In this document: piece by piece, positions 39,041-48,734 of the stretch
Layout: every line of letters starts with the position of its first letter
How positions within the stretch are numbered: position 1 is the stretch's first letter
Assembly (NCBI GenBank): GCA_902771095.1
Contig: CACXVH010000002.1
Span: 1-51,290, forward strand
Direction: 5' to 3'
Length of the DNA: 51,290 bases
Source of the DNA: an uncultured Pseudomonadota bacterium
Lineage (GTDB): Bacteria; Pseudomonadota; Alphaproteobacteria; Rs-D84
The notes under the pieces: generated by a model
The model's database searches: none
What the model saw: the letters and a program-made list of their open reading frames with translations, nothing else
What the model was told of the DNA's origin: nothing
Position numbers and translations under genes: made by a program

Positions 39041-40291
39041 TTATTTAGAATAAATTACTACTTCGTAATTCCACATTTTTGTATTTGCGCGCCAAGTTAC
39101 AGACGGCATATACACACCATTAAACCCATCAAACGCACGCATAAATTCTGTCGGTATCAATTTTGATGCAACCCCAACTTCGGTTACATAAATATTTTCT
39201 GTTCCATTTCCTGTTGAAACAGTATCTACGACACCTTGGATATTTGCGTTGATATTAGATTGTTGAAAAATTGTTGTAACATCACGCATCAAAGTTGTTT
39301 GATCGCGTTCATCAATTGAAAAAGAAGTTTTAAGTTCTGGTAACTTTACACGAACAATTATTTCATCTTCTGAAATCTGCTGGACCATGGCGCCAGGCAT
39401 TAAATCACCACCAATTTCATAAAAGTCATTCAATGTTCCAAAATCACGAATAAAGTTAGCAGATACATATTCTTCATCGCATTTAGCATAAGTTTGATTC
39501 CAACCCATAATCGGCTGCATTACAAAAGCCATTGCCCTGTAACATAAACTTGCCCGTTCATTAACATTTGGCAAATGGTCATAGGCATAATCTATATCTT
39601 GTTCCACAACTGTAGGTAAAATTTTATCCGTTATTTTTTGAGTTTTTTCTTCTATTTGTTTTTTATATTCTGCTATTTTTTCCGCGCTTATTGTTGGCTT
39701 GCTGACTGTTTTATTTACCACAGAATTTTTCAAAACAACATAACCAAACACCCCAAACAAAACCAAGAAGAACATAGATGGCAACATTGATTTCACAGTG
39801 CTTATTTCACGCAACTTCACATTGGCACCCTGGCCCATCAAATCAGATAACTGTTTTTCCTGGGATTTTGGTATTCCCCAAGATGATGGCGCAAACAAAG
39901 CCCCCCAATCTGGAATTTCTGACATTTGGGTGTATAATTTTCTGGCACTTTCTGCATCAGTTAGCAAAATATCACGAATAATAACCCCATTACGGACAGC
40001 GATTAAATAATAATTGTTGTTATCTGCCTGGAAAACACCCAAAAAAGACACCAAATCTGACAAGGCACTGACTATCTCTATTGCGGCACTTGGCATACCA
40101 GCATTTGCACCTTCATAGGTATTGGTCAAACCGACCATTGATTTATACCCGACATACAAGGTATATTTTTTATCACCATTCTTAGCCAATTGTCGTGCAT
40201 AATTTTGTGCGGTATTACCAACACGCATGGGCTGCCAAAACAGTCCTGTTGCATACCTTTTATGATTAACAGTTATTACTTGTTTTATCAA
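39041..40291 (-). CDS. PilO-like type IVb pilus accessory protein
   Basis: V.....YATGLFWQ start, SAA, YYL.AV..G.I..D, single TM; operon context. Confidence 0.6.
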   Translation of the reverse strand: MIKQVITVNHKRYATGLFWQPMRVGNTAQNYARQLAKNGDKKYTLYVGYKSMVGLTNTYEGANAGMPSAAIEIVSALSDLVSFLGVFQADNNNYYLIAVRNGVIIRDILLTDAESARKLYTQMSEIPDWGALFAPSSWGIPKSQEKQLSDLMGQGANVKLREISTVKSMLPSMFFLVLFGVFGYVVLKNSVVNKTVSKPTISAEKIAEYKKQIEEKTQKITDKILPTVVEQDIDYAYDHLPNVNERASLCYRAMAFVMQPIMGWNQTYAKCDEEYVSANFIRDFGTLNDFYEIGGDLMPGAMVQQISEDEIIVRVKLPELKTSFSIDERDQTTLMRDVTTIFQQSNINANIQGVVDTVSTGNGTENIYVTEVGVASKLIPTEFMRAFDGFNGVYMPSVTWRANTKMWNYEVVIYSK

Positions 40292-40355
40292 ATCTCTCTC
40301 GTTACAAAAACATTATAGCACAAATCGATAAAAAAAATAAAGCCGAAATTTATAA

Positions 40356-40384
40356 TAAAAAAGTCGTATTTCTACGACTTTTTT
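40356..40384 (-). terminator. Intrinsic terminator
   Basis: AAAAGTCGTA-TTTC-TACGACTTTT. Confidence 0.65.
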
Positions 40385-40385
40385 C

Positions 40386-40703
40386 TTACTTTATACAATC
40401 ATATACTTTGACTTTGAACTTATAAGTATGTTCTGGCCCAAATACAGCCCCAACATTATTGATTATATCTTCATTTACAATCAGGTAAGAATCCCCGATT
40501 AAATCTTTGTTTTCCAAGATGCTTTTTTCAATATAATCATACGCACCAGAAAGTTTATATGTTGTAACACTTGAATCCAAAGTGTACAAGAAATCACAAT
40601 TTTTTGGTTCTTCGGTCAATCTGGTTAGACCATTACCAAGATTTTGTGTCGTTGCGCAGCCACACAAAGCCAACACAGACATTAAAACAACAGTTTTTTT
40701 CAT
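40386..40703 (-). CDS. Small lipoprotein
   Basis: Lipobox LCGC, AAGGAG RBS. Confidence 0.75.
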   Translation of the reverse strand: MKKTVVLMSVLALCGCATTQNLGNGLTRLTEEPKNCDFLYTLDSSVTTYKLSGAYDYIEKSILENKDLIGDSYLIVNEDIINNVGAVFGPEHTYKFKVKVYDCIK

Positions 40704-40723
40704 TTTTTTTACTCCTTTTTTTG

Positions 40724-41653
40724 TTAAACAATTTCGTAATTAGATTTATCACTAAATAATTTTCTTAAAACCAAATTATTCAGCGCATGCGATCCCTTAA
40801 AAGATTCAAGATGTCCATAAATAAAACCGGTGCTTGTAAACATATCACCAATTGCATCTATAATTTTATGACGAACAAATTCATCTTTGTAATGTAATTT
40901 ATTAAGCGTCCCATCACCATCTTTATTCAAAACTATTACATTTTTTTCATTTGCGCCATGTGCCATACCATGGGCTTTTAAATAGTCCCATTCGGAATAT
41001 TTTCCAAAAGTTCTTGACCGTGATATATTTTTCACAAAATTATCAACCGACTTTTTTGTTCCATCCAACAAACAAGAATAAGATTGTGTCCCAATAATTT
41101 TATCATCATAAACCAAAGTAGCATCTATCAATAAACCATTTTCATTTGGCGATAATTTAACATATCCATTACCACGCCGCCAAATTGTATGATTTAAAAT
41201 GATTGTTTTCACGCGTTTCCAAAAAGGCAAATTTTTTGCTAATTCATTTCTTCTTGCGATAACAGTTTTTTTAACAATTATTTTTTTCATCTTTGTTTTT
41301 TTACCGACCACCTTTTCCAATGCGTTAAAAAATTCAAAAGCACTGCCATCCATAATCGGTGTTTCATAATTATCTATTTCGACAATTGCGCTGTCAATGC
41401 CAAGAACGAAAAATGTCGCCATCAAATGTTCGACTGTTTGAACATGGGCACCTTTTTTATCACCAATTGTTGTATTGCGCATAAATGTTTCACCGACATT
41501 ATCAAATGTCGCAGGAATTAAATCAGAACCCTTCATATCAATTCTTTTGAAAAAAATCCCCGGCCCTAAAGATGGTTTTATAACCATATTTACTGGCAAT
41601 CCAGAATGTATGCCAACACCAGATATTTTAACTTTTTTTGACAGTGTGCTCAT
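40724..41653 (-). CDS. lpxC: UDP-3-O-acyl-GlcNAc deacetylase
   Basis: GVGIHSG, TVEHLMA, PIMDGS, SRTFG, RHKIIDAIGD, SHALN. Confidence 0.93.
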   Translation of the reverse strand: MSTLSKKVKISGVGIHSGLPVNMVIKPSLGPGIFFKRIDMKGSDLIPATFDNVGETFMRNTTIGDKKGAHVQTVEHLMATFFVLGIDSAIVEIDNYETPIMDGSAFEFFNALEKVVGKKTKMKKIIVKKTVIARRNELAKNLPFWKRVKTIILNHTIWRRGNGYVKLSPNENGLLIDATLVYDDKIIGTQSYSCLLDGTKKSVDNFVKNISRSRTFGKYSEWDYLKAHGMAHGANEKNVIVLNKDGDGTLNKLHYKDEFVRHKIIDAIGDMFTSTGFIYGHLESFKGSHALNNLVLRKLFSDKSNYEIV

Positions 41654-42554
41654 TTACCTTTCCTTTTAACCAATTATAAAAACTTTTTTCAATTTCTGTA
41701 TTAAATTCGGAAAATTTTATTTGTTTTTTTGCCCAATCTGGAATACGCACCCAATCTTTTTCAGTTGTTAAAAGTGCTGCATTTTTCAATTTTGCTTTTT
41801 TAATCAGCGAATTTATATCTGCATCACTATATTGATAATGGTCTGGGAAAGATATCTTTTCAACAACATTGCACGGTATATTATCGAAAAACTTTTTTGG
41901 ATACCCAATCCCAGCAAAAGCAATCACATTTGTTTTTTTATCAAATGGGCAACTTTCACTATTTTTTGCAGTAAATATTGGAATATCTGTCGGCAAAGCA
42001 AAATTTTGTGCGACATTTTTTCTTTTTATCAATATAATCGCATCCGCACGTTTTATCGCAGATTTTCCTTCGCGTAACGGTCCCGCAGGTAATAAAAAAC
42101 CATTACCGAATCCAATTGCTTCATCAAAAACCAGAACAGAAATATCCTTGTTAATTCCAGAATTTTGAAATCCGTCATCCATAATAATCGGTGTATTTGA
42201 TTTTTGTTTATTTAATAAAATTAAATTACTTTTTCGATTTCCGACATGCACCAAAATACCATCATTTGATAACATTTTTGCTTCATCCCCGACATCGCCA
42301 GTTTCTTTTGATTTTTTATACCCCCGCATTACCACAGGTGCATCAAAAAATTTTGCTACTTCACGAACCATTGGTGTTTTGCCAACCCCACCAGATAAAA
42401 TATTACCGAAACATATCACTGGTCGTCTTGATTTATACATGCGCATTTTGCGAAACCCAAAGACAGTTTTTGATGCAATTAAATAAAACAAAGACAGTGG
42501 CAATAACAAAAGTGCCACAAACCCGCGCTTTAAAAACCATTTTGGTGTTTTCAC
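41628..42554 (-). CDS. lpxK: Tetraacyldisaccharide 4'-kinase
   Basis: GN..GG.GKTP, GDEA, DDGFQ, LPAGPLRE, FPDHY, TTEKD. Confidence 0.93.
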   Translation of the reverse strand: MKTPKWFLKRGFVALLLLPLSLFYLIASKTVFGFRKMRMYKSRRPVICFGNILSGGVGKTPMVREVAKFFDAPVVMRGYKKSKETGDVGDEAKMLSNDGILVHVGNRKSNLILLNKQKSNTPIIMDDGFQNSGINKDISVLVFDEAIGFGNGFLLPAGPLREGKSAIKRADAIILIKRKNVAQNFALPTDIPIFTAKNSESCPFDKKTNVIAFAGIGYPKKFFDNIPCNVVEKISFPDHYQYSDADINSLIKKAKLKNAALLTTEKDWVRIPDWAKKQIKFSEFNTEIEKSFYNWLKGKVNEHTVKKS

Positions 42555-43309
42555 AGCATTACCGCCTTGTCTTTAAAATTATCAGGTGTTAAATCTTGTT
42601 CAACACGGAATTTAGTAAATTTTTTGTCCAAATCATATGCCTGTTTAACCATAATATCTTCAAGATTTTTACGAATTTTTTCAAAATCTTCAATTTTTGT
42701 TTTCTTATCGATAAATATAGGTTTTCCGACAGTCCCAGCAATAATTGAAAATGGCTTAGTCAATAAATACCTGTCCCACCGATTTTGAAACCATGGTCTT
42801 GACGAAGAATAACAAACCGGGATAATTGGCGCACCAGTCATTTTCGCGAAATAAAGCGCCCCATCATGAAACCGCATAGACGGTCCATCCGGTCCATCGG
42901 GGGACAAAGCCAAACAATTTCCACCACGACGAAGTGCCTCTACACCCTTGCGCAAAACAGATACCCCACCCCCCGCAGACGAACCATAAATGGTTTTAAG
43001 CCCGAATAACTTTTCCATTTTTGCAATCGCGCGCCCATCTTTTTTAGAATCAGCAATCGCGTATCCACGCACACGATTTAATGCTATAACCGGGGACAAC
43101 ATCATTGTCCGCCCATGCCAAAATACGAAAATTGCTGGCTTTCTGGCATATTTTTTTAATATGGACAGTCCAGTGATTTCTTTTTTCGAAGTAAAATAAA
43201 CGAACCAGATTAAAACATAATAAACCAGGGCTAAAATCCATTGAATAACCCCCCAACCATAAAGAAACCTGAAAAATCGTCTAAATCTTTTTTTAAGTGC
43301 TTTTTTCAT
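42551..43309 (-). CDS. DUF374 / LpxJ-like lipid A acyltransferase
   Basis: FWHGR, S.DG, GSS, PDGP.GP, WDR...KPF. Confidence 0.8.
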   Translation of the reverse strand: MKKALKKRFRRFFRFLYGWGVIQWILALVYYVLIWFVYFTSKKEITGLSILKKYARKPAIFVFWHGRTMMLSPVIALNRVRGYAIADSKKDGRAIAKMEKLFGLKTIYGSSAGGGVSVLRKGVEALRRGGNCLALSPDGPDGPSMRFHDGALYFAKMTGAPIIPVCYSSSRPWFQNRWDRYLLTKPFSIIAGTVGKPIFIDKKTKIEDFEKIRKNLEDIMVKQAYDLDKKFTKFRVEQDLTPDNFKDKAVML

Positions 43310-43404
43310 ACAAAAAAACCTTATGAAAAAGATTCTAGCAATAAAAAATTCACAATGCAAGAATGATAAATATTGACAAAAAAACGCGATTTAACCATTT
43401 TTAA

Positions 43405-43432
43405 TTGACATATGAATATAAAGATATATAAT
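43405..43432 (+). promoter_or_regulatory. Promoter for tRNA-fMet
   Basis: TTGACA-16-TATAAT. Confidence 0.75.
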
Positions 43433-43444
43433 AAAACACACTAT

Positions 43445-43521
<77 letters not shown>

Positions 43522-43529
43522 GTTAAATG

Positions 43530-43558
43530 AAAAACGCACCAAAAATGGTGCGTTTTTT
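43530..43558 (+). terminator. Intrinsic terminator after tRNA-fMet
   Basis: AAAAACGCACCA-AAAA-TGGTGCGTTTTT. Confidence 0.8.
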
Positions 43559-43594
43559 GTTTAATTTATTTCGGGATTTGAATCAACGAGACAA

Positions 43595-43694
43595 GATGGT
43601 TCACAACAAGGATTAGGCGGGTGGAAACACGCCGGTTTGCCAAAGGCAAAAATCCGCAGCCAATGAAGCGAAGTGAAATAAATCCATCTCCCGC
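43595..43694 (+). repeat. T-loop-split tRNA-tail element, subtype 2, copy D
   Basis: GATGGTTCA + core similar to copy C + AAATCCATCTCCCGC (tRNA-fMet 3' part). Confidence 0.8.
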
Positions 43695-43713
43695 CCTAAA
43701 ATTGTATAAAATT

Positions 43714-45147
43714 TTATTCTGTGTATCCTATTAACATAGCATGAACACCGACATATTGATTACATGGTTCTGTATCAACTACTTTAAATTTGTATCCTAA
43801 ATTTAATGATTCCAACATCGGTTTTATTTCAAAGAAATCTTTTGGTGTATGATATATACAAATTAAAAGTAAAGGTTTATCGCGTTTAATAGTTTTGATT
43901 GCACCCTTAATCACATCGTATTCCATACCTTCTACATCCAGTTTTATACAAGATATTTTTTTATCTTTGGCAAAAGTATCTATGGTTGTGATTTTACATT
44001 TTTCACCCATAACAACATCTGTCCCATCTTTGGCACCCAAACCTACCTTGATTGCTTCTACTTTATTACATTTATTTGCCTTTAAAGTTTTAACCATATC
44101 AGTATAAATAACAGATAACGGCTCAAAAGCATATACTTTTTTAACAAAATCGTATTCAGAAAACATCAAAGCAGAATCTCCTGAACACGCGCCACCATCA
44201 ATAATACAACCTTTGGATAAATATTTTTCAACAACTTTGTCATCTAAAAAGGATAATCCATTTTTAAAATAAAATACCTCTGGTTGAAAACCAGTTTTAT
44301 TTATTATCTTATATTTAGAAATATCTTTAGACCATGCCAAATATCTTTGGTATAATTCATTATTTGAAAAACTGTATTTATTCTGACGGCGATAAAGTAA
44401 TGTATTAATAATGCTAACACTTTTACCAGATAAATTGTGACATAAATTGTTCATAATTTTATCATCAAGATTTTCATTTATGTAATTTTCCCATTCTTGT
44501 TGCATAAAAGATGTTTGCAATTTATTAACATCATAGAAATCTTTTGAATCAAATACAGATGATATTATATCAGTATCAGAAGTAATATTTATTAAACCAT
44601 AACTTAATTTTCTTTTATCTGAATTTATACCTAATTCATTGGGGGATATTTGATTCGTTGTCAAAAATGATAAACAAACCCTGTTTTTACATTTATTCAA
44701 TATTGAACGCGGTATAGTGAAAGAAAAACTATCTTTGGTTTTATTCGTCACAAATTTTGTCACATATTGATTATTAACAAAAACTATCAATTCTTGTTTA
44801 ATTTTATTATCGCCTGTGTTGATTTTGGAAACATCAATCGTCAAATTAACATCATTTATAACAGGTTTACAAAAAAATACATAAACCCTTGCACATTCTT
44901 TTATCCAGGCACCCCAATTTTCTATTCTATAAAATCCATCTATAACCAATACATCATCTGATATTTTTACAAATTTTGTTGTATTTATTTGTAATTTATC
45001 AAATTGCTGCTTTAAATCTGTATAACGATTTTCCATTTCAGCCAGCAAATATTGTGCTATCTGTTTTATTGATTTTTTACGTTTTATGATACATTTACCA
45101 AAAATATAATATTTTGTGTAATAAGGTGTATGCTTTATTTTAAACAT
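43714..45147 (-). CDS. FkbM-family methyltransferase with N-terminal beta domain
   Basis: IDGGA..GD, VYAFEP, IKLDVEG.E, P.L.ICIYH. Confidence 0.85.
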   Translation of the reverse strand: MFKIKHTPYYTKYYIFGKCIIKRKKSIKQIAQYLLAEMENRYTDLKQQFDKLQINTTKFVKISDDVLVIDGFYRIENWGAWIKECARVYVFFCKPVINDVNLTIDVSKINTGDNKIKQELIVFVNNQYVTKFVTNKTKDSFSFTIPRSILNKCKNRVCLSFLTTNQISPNELGINSDKRKLSYGLINITSDTDIISSVFDSKDFYDVNKLQTSFMQQEWENYINENLDDKIMNNLCHNLSGKSVSIINTLLYRRQNKYSFSNNELYQRYLAWSKDISKYKIINKTGFQPEVFYFKNGLSFLDDKVVEKYLSKGCIIDGGACSGDSALMFSEYDFVKKVYAFEPLSVIYTDMVKTLKANKCNKVEAIKVGLGAKDGTDVVMGEKCKITTIDTFAKDKKISCIKLDVEGMEYDVIKGAIKTIKRDKPLLLICIYHTPKDFFEIKPMLESLNLGYKFKVVDTEPCNQYVGVHAMLIGYTE

Positions 45148-45327
45148 ATTTAAACTCTTTAATTATTGTGTATATTTTACTGTTTACTGTGATATTTTCA
45201 ATATAATTTTATTTTATCGTTGTTTTTTTTCTGATTTTGTGGTATAATAGGACCAGTTTGAGCCGATTTATCATCGGTTTTTTTCGTCCATTTTTGGACT
45301 TTTTTTTATTTAACCCAGGAGTTATAA

Positions 45328-45837
45328 ATGTCTAGACAAATACAAATTCGCCGCGGAAGCGCAGCGGAAAATGATTCCTTTACCGGCGCGATTGGTGAAA
45401 TTACAATGGATACAACAAATAATACACTTCGTGTTCATGATGGTGTAACAGCAGGCGGAACAAAACTTGCAAAACAAAGTGAAATACCAGCACCTTATAC
45501 CATGCCAACAAATTACGATTTTGTAATTGATTTTCAAGAACCAAGTTCATCTAATAATTATACTTGGTACCGTCTTTACAAATCTGGATGGGTTGAACAA
45601 GGAAGTTTTTCTAATCTGGCAAATAATGTTCGAACCAATATTACATTGCCAATCGCTTTACAAGGTGCAAATTTTGTGTTTCCACAAATATCAAACACCC
45701 AGGCAGGTTTTGGTTCCCAAGATACACTTTCTATACAACTTTCGACAGATGGTACATATGTAATTGTATTTCAAAAAAATGCTAGCAGTGCAACTATGTG
45801 CATATGCTGGGAAATCAAAGGTATGAAAAAAAATTAA
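45328..45837 (+). CDS. Phage tail fibre-like protein (Mtd-N-like N-terminus, gp53-like C-terminus)
   Basis: QIQIRRG...FTG..GEITMDT....RVHDG.T.GG and WYR.Y.SGWVEQG motifs; AGGAG RBS. Confidence 0.7.
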   Translation: MSRQIQIRRGSAAENDSFTGAIGEITMDTTNNTLRVHDGVTAGGTKLAKQSEIPAPYTMPTNYDFVIDFQEPSSSNNYTWYRLYKSGWVEQGSFSNLANNVRTNITLPIALQGANFVFPQISNTQAGFGSQDTLSIQLSTDGTYVIVFQKNASSATMCICWEIKGMKKN

Positions 45838-45862
45838 AATCGGGTTTTCCCGATTTTAATTT
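45831..45862. terminator. Bidirectional terminator
   Basis: AAATTAAAATCGGG-TTTT-CCCGATTTTAATTT. Confidence 0.75.
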
Positions 45863-47802
45863 ATTAAATTTTTTTTGGTTATTTTGAAATATTTTATTAC
45901 ATTTTGTATTTGAATATCATTTCTGTTTTCTGCGACATTTTGTGAATGTAATGTTTGTCCAGATAAACCTAATTCTTGACCCAAATCTACATAAACCAAT
46001 CTTTTATCAAAATCTATAACATTTATCTTGGTGCCTTTTTTAACAGCCATTGCCCAAAACCATATATCATCATTATAAGGGGATAATTTTTTAAATAAAT
46101 CTTTATTTGTGACCATATCATCCAAACATTTCGGTGGATACAAAACCCCACCAACACCAGTTAGAAAATTAGTCAAAGACGGTTTTACATCAGACACAGA
46201 CCATTTCCAATTTTTATATGGCATTATTTCATCATTTTCTTGATTAAAAGTTATTTGATGTGCCCTTACACAATGAATCAGTGTTGGTTGTTTTTTATAT
46301 GCATCATATAATTTTTCTATTAAATTTTCTGAATAAAATATATCATCATCCACAGTGATTATTATATCATCTGGAAATTCTATCAAAGACGGAACTAGTT
46401 TTGTATATGCTTTAATATCTTCACACCATTTAATAGTTAAACCAAATTTACATAATTGTAATAAATGTTCTGGTAAATCTTTTTCGCGACCTGGGAATTT
46501 ATCAGCACCCAACCATAAAACAATCATATCTGGTTTCAATGTTTGATTAAAAATAGAATAAATTGCATAAACCACATCATTTATTCTTGCTGGGAAAGAA
46601 GTCATTGATACGATTATGCGTGGTTGTCTTGAACAATTACAAACACATGATTTATCTAAAATTTCTATTTGTTTTGCCACAGCATTACGGTTTACATAAT
46701 ATAAAGCATTAACAAATTTTGGTAATGAGATTTCTTTTGTTTTTATTACCGTTTTTTTCTGTTTTTTACTATAACTAAAAATTTTTTTACCCAATAAATA
46801 CACATGTCTTCTACCATTTGAACAATATTCTTTGGTAAACAAAAAATTTCCTTTGATTCTGGAATCTGGTGCCAAATATGGTTTACAATTAAAAATCTTT
46901 ATTCCAAAAATATAAAATTTGTGGCCACCGTTGTCATATTTTTTATAATTAAATATAAATCTTTTGAAAATGGACAACCAAGGTTCTGTTTTTATTTGAT
47001 AATTCTTGTAATATTTATTCCACAAATTACTACCTGGTGCATTATCAGAATTCCAAGGTTTCTTTTTATTTGTTAAATGTAAAACTGTTGGATTTTCTAA
47101 TATTTTTTTAATATCTTCTTCTTTTATTTGATAAAATTCCACAATATCTTTTGTTGGATAATTTAGATTTTGTAACATGCAATTATATTTCAAAGAAACA
47201 TATGTAACATTTTCATCAAACACTTGATTCAAAGCATCTTGGTCCATAAAATGTTTATATTTATCATGTTTTTTTGCATAAAGTAATTTATCAGTAATAT
47301 TATCCTGGCGCATTTTTTTCAAATTCAACAACATCATTCCAGAATTAAAATATTTTTTTAATCCTAACTTTGTATGATGTGCACCAGACAACATTGCCTT
47401 CATATCAACAACAACAGCAGCATACTTGTTTTCTATATTTGTATTATACAAATCATACAAATCATCAAAAAACAACATATCACCATCCAAATACAATATC
47501 TTATCCAAATTTGGAAACATATTTGGTATGTTAAATTTTATCATTGCTGCCTTGCTTACATGTTGATGTGTTGTCTGAATATCATCATAAATATTTTTAG
47601 TATTTATAACATCTATATTTACATTGTCTGTCTTTAATTTTTTAAATTTATCGGCAAGCTTTTTATTTGTACCCACAGCGATAACATATACATTATATTG
47701 TGTATCTTTGTTGCAATTTTTAATCAAAGATTCAATTGCGACCCCCGTAGGAACAGCATAATTTGTATCGGTTATAAAACAAATATTTACAATGTTTTTC
47801 AT
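45856..47802 (-). CDS. Two-domain glycosyltransferase (GT8 + second GT-A-like domain)
   Basis: LYLDGD, YFNSG, DQDALN, H...KPW; second domain SMTSFPAR, ITVDDD, GVGGVLYPP, DDIW. Confidence 0.85.
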   Translation of the reverse strand: MKNIVNICFITDTNYAVPTGVAIESLIKNCNKDTQYNVYVIAVGTNKKLADKFKKLKTDNVNIDVINTKNIYDDIQTTHQHVSKAAMIKFNIPNMFPNLDKILYLDGDMLFFDDLYDLYNTNIENKYAAVVVDMKAMLSGAHHTKLGLKKYFNSGMMLLNLKKMRQDNITDKLLYAKKHDKYKHFMDQDALNQVFDENVTYVSLKYNCMLQNLNYPTKDIVEFYQIKEEDIKKILENPTVLHLTNKKKPWNSDNAPGSNLWNKYYKNYQIKTEPWLSIFKRFIFNYKKYDNGGHKFYIFGIKIFNCKPYLAPDSRIKGNFLFTKEYCSNGRRHVYLLGKKIFSYSKKQKKTVIKTKEISLPKFVNALYYVNRNAVAKQIEILDKSCVCNCSRQPRIIVSMTSFPARINDVVYAIYSIFNQTLKPDMIVLWLGADKFPGREKDLPEHLLQLCKFGLTIKWCEDIKAYTKLVPSLIEFPDDIIITVDDDIFYSENLIEKLYDAYKKQPTLIHCVRAHQITFNQENDEIMPYKNWKWSVSDVKPSLTNFLTGVGGVLYPPKCLDDMVTNKDLFKKLSPYNDDIWFWAMAVKKGTKINVIDFDKRLVYVDLGQELGLSGQTLHSQNVAENRNDIQIQNVIKYFKITKKNLIN

Positions 47803-48722
47803 TTTTCATAAGTTTTTATAATATCTGATATTGTTTGTTGTAATGTATATTTTGGATTCCATCCTAGTTCTTTTTTTAATTTGGTGTTATCTCCAATAAC
47901 CGAAGAAACTTCATTAGTACGAACACGAGATGGATCTATAATTATATTTGGTTTGATATTTAATTCTTTTGCAGTTGTATTTATTATGTCACGCAATTTA
48001 ACCCCATGACCACTGCATACATTATAAACACTACGATTCGGAGCATTTTTAATTATACGATAGTATGCATCAACAACATCACGAACATCTGTAAAATCAC
48101 GAACAACATCAATATTGCCGACCATCATTTTATTTTCGTTTTTTCCTAATGAAATATTAACTAACTGTTCAATAAAAGATGGAATTACAAATTTTGTGTT
48201 TTGACGCGGACCAATATGATTAAAAGACCGTGTCATTACAATATCCATATTAAAATTATCAACATATAATTTTGACATATATTCTTGAGATAGACGCGCA
48301 ACTGAATACGGACTTTTTGGATGTAAATTTAAATCTTCTGTCATTGGTTTATCATACATTCCGTATTCTTCAGATGAACCAACAGATAAAATTCTTGTAT
48401 TTAATCCATTATTACGCACAGCTTCTGCCAAATTCAAAAACGCAGACATATTATTCATAAAACAAGTTGCCGGTTCTTTCCAACTTTGCGCCACAGACGA
48501 CATAGCAGCCAAATGAACAATATAATCAGGTTTCAAAGTTCTTACTATTTTATCTACTTGTTTTGCGTCTATTAAATTCAAAGATCTATATTTGATATCC
48601 ATATCGCATTTTGATGCAATATCAATTCCATATATTTTCGATTGAGGTTCTTTTTCATTAAGATATTCTACAAAATATCTTCCAACAAACCCCATAACAC
48701 CTGTTATCAAATATTTACTCAT
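47799..48722 (-). CDS. NDP-sugar reductase/dehydratase, Rmd-like
   Basis: TG..GFVG, HLAA.SSV, SSEEYG, RSFNHIGP; adjacent to gmd. Confidence 0.75.
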   Translation of the reverse strand: MSKYLITGVMGFVGRYFVEYLNEKEPQSKIYGIDIASKCDMDIKYRSLNLIDAKQVDKIVRTLKPDYIVHLAAMSSVAQSWKEPATCFMNNMSAFLNLAEAVRNNGLNTRILSVGSSEEYGMYDKPMTEDLNLHPKSPYSVARLSQEYMSKLYVDNFNMDIVMTRSFNHIGPRQNTKFVIPSFIEQLVNISLGKNENKMMVGNIDVVRDFTDVRDVVDAYYRIIKNAPNRSVYNVCSGHGVKLRDIINTTAKELNIKPNIIIDPSRVRTNEVSSVIGDNTKLKKELGWNPKYTLQQTISDIIKTYEK

Positions 48723-48734
48723 ACATTATCCTTA

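Noticed and set aside
45328-45837. Diversity-generating retroelement target
   Set aside because: Only the Mtd-N-like anchor is present; no reverse transcriptase or TR/VR pair seen in the window
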